From Diplonema japonicum (Eukaryota > Protista > Euglenozoa: Diplonemea): a DNA stretch of 64,000 nucleotides. The notes under the pieces were generated by a model, which saw only the letters and a program-made list of their open reading frames with translations, was not told the DNA's origin and made no database searches. Positions within the stretch are counted from its first letter, which is position 1; each line of letters begins with the position of its first letter. The stretch covers positions 248,001 to 312,000 of the forward strand of contig OZ025740.1 of assembly GCA_964019335.1 (NCBI GenBank), given 5' to 3'. A program made the translations under genes and the position numbers. This document shows positions 56,239 through 64,000 of this stretch, one piece after another.

Positions 56239-56430
56239 GGCTATGCTGGCAGGAAACGTGGAAACGTTTCCGTTTCCGTTCCCGTTTCCGTTTCCATACT
56301 TTTCAAAATTCTTATGGAAACGGCTTCCTTCTTAAGGAAACATAAGGAAACGTTTCCGTTTCCGTTTCCGTATCCGTTTCCCTTTTTTTTCAAAAAATGC
56401 ATGGAAACGCGTTTCCATGCCAGCATAGCC
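56239..56430. mobile_element. Palindromic MITE built from GGAAAC/GTTTCC units
   Basis: TIR ggctatgctggca / tgccagcatagcc, internal (gtttcc)n, flanked on both sides by poly-C. Confidence 0.75.
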
Positions 56431-56489
56431 GCCCCCCCCCCCCCCCCCCCCTTTTTTATTTTTGCTTTCCCAGTAGTTTACTTGAAGGG

Positions 56490-56831
56490 AAACCCACATG
56501 ACATAATAATAATGCTTCAAAAAAGACGTTTACGGCGTGCCCAGAATCAGCAGTCGTATTGGTCCACAGGACCCATGAAAATCCCCCTTTTCCAGAACAC
56601 GATGCCCAGGAGACGCTACCAGAAAATCAAAAAGTAGCCTCCACTTCACTCACGCAGAAGAGTCAAAGTTGTGGAAGATACGAGGGTTTCTGGGCAGAAT
56701 TGGTGAAAAGCAGCAGTGCCAGGAAAATATTTAAGCATTGATGAGACACTCGTACCGCTACTGGGCAACTGGGGGGCTTCGGGTCTACTGTCCTCTCAAG
56801 CGTAAAAGATATGGCATAAAAATCTACTGCC
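56490..56831 (+). pseudogene. Fragment of a different piggyBac transposase
   Basis: SYWST..IPLFQNTMPRRRYQKI, SIDETL, LRVYCPLKRKRYGIKIYCL. Confidence 0.75.
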
Positions 56832-58379
56832 TAAAAAACAAGTCAAAAGAATCGACTGTAAAATTCTGTAAAAAGCTATTTAAGGCTTTCTTGACGCGGT
56901 TCGTACGTGCCCCAGGGCTGGGGGACTTCTTTTTTGACCCCGGGAGGGGTTTCTGGGGGGTATCCCCGGCAAGGTGGTAGTCTTTGAAGCACGGAGTCAC
57001 GCAAAGTTGTACCAAGCAGGCTGAACACTGGAACTGGGGTCATTTCGACTTGCCATGCTTGCACCACACGTTGCGCTATTTTTTCGGGGAAATGGTCCCA
57101 GAAGGTACTGTCGCGGCGCATTGGGGTCTCAGGGGGTATTGGGGCAGCCTGCTCTGTAGTTCACTTTAGCTGTTGTTTAGACTGCCTCCCTAGTAGCCCT
57201 TCGATGACTGCCTCTTTGAAAGGCGTGAATCCACTGTCGTTCGTACTCAGGGTGTTGGAGGGCGATGCTTCTTTCAAACAAGGCAGGCATTCGCCAGAGA
57301 TTTATCTAACAAGTTCGAAAATACTTTCAGGGGCCACTTCGAAGTCATAAGGGTGTGTTTATGGCGTTTTGTCACAGCATCACCCAGCGTCGGTTCCGCC
57401 CATTGCGGTGTTGTAAATGTGCACTTGGTGGGGAGCGGGATGTCCTTTCCGGCTTTCATTCTCTTTTGGCCGACACGTCAAATTTGACTTCACCGGAACA
57501 TCCAACGTCGACAGAAAGCGCACAGGCTTGATGTCATGCCACGTTGTGGTGCAAAGGATGCTCACGTGCTGGTGGAACTGGGTGTCCCCACAGGATGCGC
57601 GTCCTTGGGCTTGCGGCCTCGCTTCTTTGGGGCATCCGTGAGGCCTTTGCGATAGGTAGAAGTCAGCACGCTTGTTTGTTTCGCTGTGGAAACACAGATA
57701 TCCCAAAATAGTCAAAAAGCGGTCTCTTGACATGACGGTGGCGTACCCAGGGGTGTAGTTGAGAGACGTGGAGCCTGTGCGCCAGTAGTCAGAATAATCT
57801 GGCTTGATATCCAAGTCCATCGACAAAAGGACACCTAGGAAGGTATGCAAAGAAGCAGCATCGAGATCCAGAGAAACACCTTTTTTAGCCGCATTTGCCA
57901 CATTGTTCGAAGCTATGACCCGAATAACGTTTGGGACGAGCATTTGGGAGAATATATGGAATGGCGTTGAGCCTCTGATGTCAAAACAGGGTCCACAAGG
58001 ATTCCGATCTTCACGAAAGCGGATGCCTTCCAACTGCTCCGGCTTTGCCGTCCAATCACCCTGCTGTGAATTCGTATCGGAATCACTGTCTGTATCAAAT
58101 TGCATAATAGGGATGAGCCATCAGTGCTACCATCACTCATAATGTCCTCTTCCGGCCTCCTTCTGGGCGCCCTTTTTTGAAGTGATTTTAAGGGTAAATT
58201 TGGTCTGGCGTTTTTTTCTTCTTTTTTCTTGTTGAGTTAGGGCAGCATTTAGTTTATATTTTTCATATTTTCCACGCAGGACCCCGGCTGCAAGAAGTGG
58301 CTGGGCCGTATTGCATTGAAAGCCCTTTGTGCAAGATTTTTTTTAAATCGTCTCTATAAAGACGCTCGTTGGTAGATGG
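56832..58379 (-). mobile_element. Inverted sister copy of the 43653-47380 piggyBac, without the nested insert and lacking its right end
   Basis: cgttggtagatgg|TTAA at 58367-58383; colinear with 43653-43780 plus 45700-47180. Confidence 0.92.
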
Positions 58380-58481
58380 TTAAGAAACTAAAAAAACATG
58401 AAAACATGAAAAACATCATCGCACATCTACTGGAAAGCAGAGCTTCAACACATCAGAAAAAGACAAGGAAAAGGTACTTCC

Positions 58482-60236
58482 TCACATCAGAACAGAAGGA
58501 GAAACACCCATGGAGATGGCCTCCCTCAGAGACTCAATAGCTAACCGAACAGATTGTGGTGCTTCCACCCCTACCTTCTCCTGTGCATCAAGGATCTCAA
58601 CCGCCTCATCCCCTTCCCCCATCAAGTACTTCAAACAAGCTGTATTGTAAGGACCCCACACATCATCAGACACATGGTACAGCCACTCACCTTCATGGTT
58701 GCCTTTAGCTGCTTGAAGAGAACTTTCAGTCACCTCGAACACACGAAGTGGTGCCTCCCTGCCCCTCACAGCAACATCGACAGGGAGAAGCCTCATGTCG
58801 TACAAGAACGCCAGCTCCCTCTGAACAGAGCCATCACAGGTCACCTTGTGCCCCTCGTGCCGACCGAACCTCTCCAGCAGCGACGCCGTCACAGCCACCT
58901 GACCCATGATCGCGAACACCTTCAGCTCATTGTTCCCAACAGGGCCACAGTGTGCACTCCCGCTGCACAGACCAGAAGACACAGCCAGCCCTTTGTTGTG
59001 TTTTCCCATCTCCATGAGGGAGTCAGCCGCCTTCCGAGCATGACCCACACACCGCTTCGCAGCATTGAACGAGGAGTGAACATGGTCCCCAACAACGACA
59101 CCCACAACACCACCGTGTTTCCTGACTGAGAGCAGGACGGCTGTCATGAAACTGTCGTAAGTGTGACACACAAAGATGGAAAGATTGTCCTCCAATGCCT
59201 TCTGCGACCCAAGCATGTTTGTCACAGTGCTTGTCACCACCAGCTTCTTGTAATTCTCAATCACTGATAACTCACATTTATCGACGCTGCTTGAGTGAAG
59301 AGTCTCGTTGCTCATCTGCCTGATGTGCACCCTCCCGTCGCTGTCGGTGCTGGAATGAGAAAGACTGCCACCACAATCATCACTATCATCACTGCCACTG
59401 AAATCCTCACGGAACCTCTCAAAACAGGACTGAGGGAGGTAAGGACGGTAGGTGTGGAGGTTTGCAAGGATGCTGTCGAACGCTGCCTGCAAGGGGGGAG
59501 GGAGGGGGGAGTCGGTGAGGGCTGTCTCCGCTCCCTCCAAGTCGAAGCGGGAAAGACACTCTGCAATCCACTCAGAGGCGGTGATCACGTTCTGCATGGA
59601 CTTCCGTTCCTTTTGAAGTCCAGAAGCAAAGCCACGTGTGAAGTAGAAGTCGAGGAGGAATATTCCAAACGGAACAGTAAATGTTTGTAAAGCCTTTGTT
59701 GAGTTCTTGGGGCATGGCAGTGTGTCGCAGCCACACATCTCCTCTCTCCTCTCCTCCTGGCTTGGGAGGAGCCGGTAGTCGACGTCGAAGAGGCCGAAGC
59801 GGAGCCACGATTCGATGGATGATATGATGAGCCAGATGCTGACCATTGCGATGAGGTTCCTGTTGACACGGACAGGGAGGTCGCACACCAAGGCAATGTC
59901 CACTAAAACTACGAAAGTAGGCCACACACGATCCTCCAACCACACCATTAAACGCCAGTCCCGGTGGATAAGCGACAACCCTGCCAAGTACAGCATCATC
60001 TCCACTGTTTCATTTCTTATCTTCCTTTCGACAAGCAGCTGCACAAGCAAGATCACCAACGCCAAGTATCCCACTTCTCGAGATAAATAATCTGCGTAGT
60101 TCTGAGCAGGTGAAATGATAATTTCAAAAAGACAGATGACGGCTCCCAGGTAGCTTATTGTGAGAAGCATCTTCTTCCTGAACACAGTCGGCTGATCGTC
60201 ATCAGGTAGCAACACCCTTCTAAAGAAACACGACAT
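58482..60236 (-). CDS. Multi-pass TM protein with a degenerate cyclase domain, paralog 2
   Basis: Same length as paralog 1; C-terminal ~390 aa identical, N-terminal TM patches differ. Confidence 0.8.
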   Translation of the reverse strand: MSCFFRRVLLPDDDQPTVFRKKMLLTISYLGAVICLFEIIISPAQNYADYLSREVGYLALVILLVQLLVERKIRNETVEMMLYLAGLSLIHRDWRLMVWLEDRVWPTFVVLVDIALVCDLPVRVNRNLIAMVSIWLIISSIESWLRFGLFDVDYRLLPSQEERREEMCGCDTLPCPKNSTKALQTFTVPFGIFLLDFYFTRGFASGLQKERKSMQNVITASEWIAECLSRFDLEGAETALTDSPLPPPLQAAFDSILANLHTYRPYLPQSCFERFREDFSGSDDSDDCGGSLSHSSTDSDGRVHIRQMSNETLHSSSVDKCELSVIENYKKLVVTSTVTNMLGSQKALEDNLSIFVCHTYDSFMTAVLLSVRKHGGVVGVVVGDHVHSSFNAAKRCVGHARKAADSLMEMGKHNKGLAVSSGLCSGSAHCGPVGNNELKVFAIMGQVAVTASLLERFGRHEGHKVTCDGSVQRELAFLYDMRLLPVDVAVRGREAPLRVFEVTESSLQAAKGNHEGEWLYHVSDDVWGPYNTACLKYLMGEGDEAVEILDAQEKVGVEAPQSVRLAIESLREAISMGVSPSVLM

Positions 60237-60399
60237 GCTCAGCCCCTTGTTTTTGTTGTTCTCTGTGAAAACATTGCATTCAATTTGTACCTTTCTGTAA
60301 TGAAAGACAAACATGGAAACACATATCGCGCCGCACAATCTACTGGAAAGCAGAGCTTTAACTCATCGAAACAACACAAACAATGGAATGTAGTGACGA

Positions 60400-62334
60400 G
60401 AAGAGTGAAAATATGCCCTGGGAGAGCGATATTACGCAGGTTACGTATAAGAAGTGACAGGGCACAGGGGGGGCAGAAATCACCCTTTTCCCACATGAGT
60501 GCATCAAGGGTTTCCAAGCTGTTCATCTCAATGGGGTTTGTGAAATCTCTTTGCACCGTTTGCAAGTACCACAACCCCGACTTTGACTTCACTGTGGACG
60601 ATATCTATCAGTTTGTGGCCTTGTGGGTGCTCATGGACATCATCCGCAAGGCTGGCATAAAAGATTACTGGCCGACCATTTGTGCCCTCGCCACACCTTT
60701 TTTTGGCAAGTGTAATGAAACGTTACTGCTTTTTGCGCTTACAGCGGTCGTTGCATTTTGGAGGGGTGAAGAGACAGACAGGTTGCAAAAAATAAGATTC
60801 TTGCTCCCCTACCTGTCTGCAACACTATTCCCCCGGAGAATCGATCATTGATGAGAGTATGATCAAGTCACACGGTAGGCATCGCTTCAAAGTATTCCAG
60901 CCTGCAAAGAGGACAGGTGAGGCTGTGCACCGGGCAGGATCTGACACAGGGTCGTGTTCAACTTGTCGATCTACTGTCCGCAGTGCTAATACCATTGTAA
61001 AAGCGTGAAAAAGCAATCAAACACAGCACTGTGGACCCCGATGTGAGGTATCTCAGCACTTGGCATATTACCTTCCCATTTGGTGAAGGATCGAGGTCAT
61101 TTTAGGGGGGTGCTGGTGTTTGGGAGCCCTGACTCGCGTGCAGGATTGGCGTACCACGTGATCACTGCAGAAGCACCAATGCTTATGATGCCAAAAAAGG
61201 ACAACATGGCGACCAGAATGTCTCGGCGGCGGAGCTCTGCTTCGAGCTTCTTGTCCTGCAGCTCGAGCGCGACAATGAAAGCTCTTACAACGTTCTCCCG
61301 TATCTCCTGCGGTGCCTTCAATGGCGTCTTGCTTGACATGAAGTGAACGTCGTGCTCAGTCTGAAAGCGCACCCCACGTGACTTGTCGATGCCACTATTC
61401 GTGTCCACCTGGTGGATGGCTCGGCATCGGTAGCGTTCCCCTTGTACCCCGGCATCGATAACTTCTATACTGGCGTTACCCTTGTACAACAGATGTGGGA
61501 ATCGGGTTTGTGGTGGAAACAATCCGAGGAAAGTCCAGTCAATGGTGGTAACAATCCGAAGAAAACCGCCAGAATGTACCTAATCTTGCCCCAGTGAAGA
61601 AGCAAGTAGGCCCAGGCAGGCCCAAAAACGGGTTTGCGATGAGCGACAACAGCTTTTCGACTGTTATGCGCCAGTCCGGAAACAACCGCCCAGCAAGCAC
61701 CCGTTCTGAAATGGGGACCGAGGGGCCCAGGGAAGATGCCAGGCGCGACTTCACCAAAGGTCACTGGTCCAAAAAACTGGATGCAGCAAGACAATGGACA
61801 CACCACGTGCGTGTTTTGGGGGTCCGGGTGCAAACTATCTTCATCTGCAAGGCTTGTAACGTGCATCTGTGCCCAGCTTGCTTTGCGGACTATCACGAAC
61901 CAGTGGTTTACCCACCCCAATCTACCCCCTCTGGAGGCCCGGCCACACCGAAGAAACGCCTAAGGTACCTGAAATGGTTTTAAGTACCAGCGTCTCCAAA
62001 CACATACCCTTCTCCCCAGGTCGTCATCTGAGCCAAGTCCCAAAAGCAAAACCCCCCCTAGCACCCCGAGGCCCAAGCGAAAAAAGTAAGGAAGTGTCTA
62101 ACCTATGGGTGGGTTTTACAATAAATTTCACTTCAATTCCTTATTCTATTCACTTCCCAGGGCCTTTGAGGGGCGTCTGGGGGTGTTTTTTGTCCCTCCT
62201 GGGTGATGTATTTTCTTTTACACAAGCGTCGTTCTATGGTTGCATGCTCGAGGATGTTTTAATTTTAGAAAATAAAAAAGCCGATGGTGACCTTTTTTTT
62301 TGCCCAAAAACCCCCATCCTTTAATGTTTAATGG
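60400..62334 (+). mobile_element. Decayed piggyBac-like element with an antisense foreign insert
   Basis: FVALWVLMDII..DYW, IIDESMIKSHGRHRFK, GIDNFYTG, FICKACNVHLCPACFADYH; ends taatgg|TTAA at 62334. The left end was not found. Confidence 0.82.
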
Positions 62335-62573
62335 TTAAAACAAAAAACAAAAGCAAAAACAAAAGGAAATAAACTTTTTTCGACACCACACACCCCATTT
62401 AGTGTCTTTGCAAATGAGGAAATATAAATGAAGAAGGTAAAAATAGAGACACGGCAAGAAGCTACCTGTCTGATGTCTTGGCGCGGACATCCCATACAGC
62501 TCAAAAGCCCCTTCAGCTAAAACAGAAAGTAAAGCTAAACAAGACAAAGCTGCCGCTTTTTTATTTATTTTTT

Positions 62574-63764
62574 TTAATTACTGTATACCACACATGGTCC
62601 CGCTGGTATGCGAAGCTTTAAGAGGCTAAAATTGTCAGTACCTCTTCTTAAAACTATGGTTTCTAGTTTGTCGCACCCATTCAGGAAGCGACAAGCAACA
62701 GAAAAAAGTTTGGCCATCGAACTCAAGTCGATGGTTTCTAGCTTTTTGCACCCTGACAAGAAGTGAGAACCAATAGAATAAAGATTGGTCATCGCATTCA
62801 AGTCGATGGTTTCTAGGTTTTCGCACCCTGACAAGAAGTAATGACCAATAGAATAAAGTTTGGTCATTGAACTCAAGTCGATGTTTTCTAGTTTGTCGCA
62901 CCCTGACAAGAAGAAAGAACCAATAGAATAAAGATTAGTCATCGCATTCAAGTCGATGGTTTCTAGATTTTTGCACCTTGACAAGAAGCTATGACCAATG
63001 GAATAAATATTGGTCATTGAGCTCAAGTCGATGGTTTTTAGTTCTGTGCAACATGACAAGAAGTCATCACCAATGGAAGAAAGATTGGTCAGCGCATTCA
63101 AGTCGATGGTTACTAGTTTGTCGCACCATGACAAGAAGTCATCACCAACGGAAGAAAGATCGGTCATCGCATTCACGGAGATGGTTTCAAGTTTTCTGCA
63201 TTTTGTCAAAAACTTACCACCAATGGTGGAAACATTGGGGAGGATGAGATCAACAGACGTCAGGTGGTCGCACTCTTCAAGAAACTTATTGTCTATTCTT
63301 GTAACACAGCCTGTGGAGTCGGTGACAATGAGGAACCGAAGTCCAGAAGGAAGGTCACTGCTGCTCATGGACAAGACTTCGACAGCTGGAGAGTACCCCA
63401 CCTCCACCACCAGAACCAGCTCAGGGTCAGCTGACACAAGACCCTCAAGCTCAGAAACCACTTCTGAGTTCTTGTCCTTCAGCTCTTCCAGACGGACTGT
63501 TCTCCTCTTGTTCACCTCCACATGGACCACGGAGCCCTCCACAAACCCAAGTGAATGAACCTCTTCACCACCATTCCTGTCCAGGACCTCTCCCTCCCAA
63601 ACCAGTTTGAACTTGCCTTCGAGTAAACTAGCAGCACACCCAGCCTTCTTGTACAGGCTCCCCACCGTCTCCTTCCCTGACACTTCCACATCGTGAGTCC
63701 CGCCTCCCGTCTTCACGAACACTGTCATATCGTTCACCCCTTCATCTGATCTCTTCCCATTCAT
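62574..63764 (-). CDS. Ubiquitin-like domain plus BspA-like 24-aa leucine-rich repeat protein
   Basis: MTVFVKTGGGTHDVEVSGKETVGSL...KLVWEGEVL is Ubl-like. Repeats follow LxSIGxxFLSxCxxLETIDLxxMT. ATG at 63764. Confidence 0.85.
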   Translation of the reverse strand: MNGKRSDEGVNDMTVFVKTGGGTHDVEVSGKETVGSLYKKAGCAASLLEGKFKLVWEGEVLDRNGGEEVHSLGFVEGSVVHVEVNKRRTVRLEELKDKNSEVVSELEGLVSADPELVLVVEVGYSPAVEVLSMSSSDLPSGLRFLIVTDSTGCVTRIDNKFLEECDHLTSVDLILPNVSTIGGKFLTKCRKLETISVNAMTDLSSVGDDFLSWCDKLVTIDLNALTNLSSIGDDFLSCCTELKTIDLSSMTNIYSIGHSFLSRCKNLETIDLNAMTNLYSIGSFFLSGCDKLENIDLSSMTKLYSIGHYFLSGCENLETIDLNAMTNLYSIGSHFLSGCKKLETIDLSSMAKLFSVACRFLNGCDKLETIVLRRGTDNFSLLKLRIPAGPCVVYSN

Positions 63765-64000
63765 GTTCTTTTTCTTTTCGTTCTCCCCCCCCCCCCCCCA
63801 AGCCCTTTTTTTTGCTTTGGTTTTTAGTTTCCCTGTGCTTGTCTTTTGCACTGCAGCCGAGTAGCTTCTCCTACTAAAAAATAAATGGGTGTTGGAAAGT
63901 TCTTTTTTTCGGGGGGGGATCGGGAATAGATAAGGCTGCTCACAAACTGCTTTTGTAAATGTCTTCTTTTTTTTTCCCCCCCTCTTTTTATGGCACTCTT

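Overview
Eukaryotic genomic DNA. Every host gene is on the minus strand, introns are few and tiny, and intergenic DNA is rich in homopolymer runs. This layout and the gene repertoire suggest a euglenozoan with polycistronic transcription, most likely a diplonemid (inference). Host genes: a mucin-stalk surface protein, an ABCG half-transporter, a tandem GT92-like/PAN protein, a charged repetitive secreted protein, two sulfatases, a TM-HAMP-pseudocyclase-STE kinase receptor, a kinase-ankyrin gene whose spliced tail the ORF track misses, two paralogous TM-pseudocyclase genes and two Ubl-LRR genes. Roughly a third of the window is mobile DNA. The most unusual elements are: (1) a 5'-truncated Penelope-like retroelement whose RT is followed by a compact USP-type deubiquitinase with an apparently complete Cys-His-Asp triad, five C2HC fingers and a structured 3' RNA; (2) an APE-type LINE family (3 copies) with a pseudo-OTU domain in ORF1, an AUGA stop-start overlap and 2A-like peptide ahead of ORF2, and a conserved ACGCCA stem-loop followed by a T tract instead of poly(A); (3) a TAA-duplicating TIR element, nested in a piggyBac, that carries tRNA-like modules and a fragment of the USP. 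All family assignments come from motif recognition by eye. Single-base frameshifts may be assembly errors.
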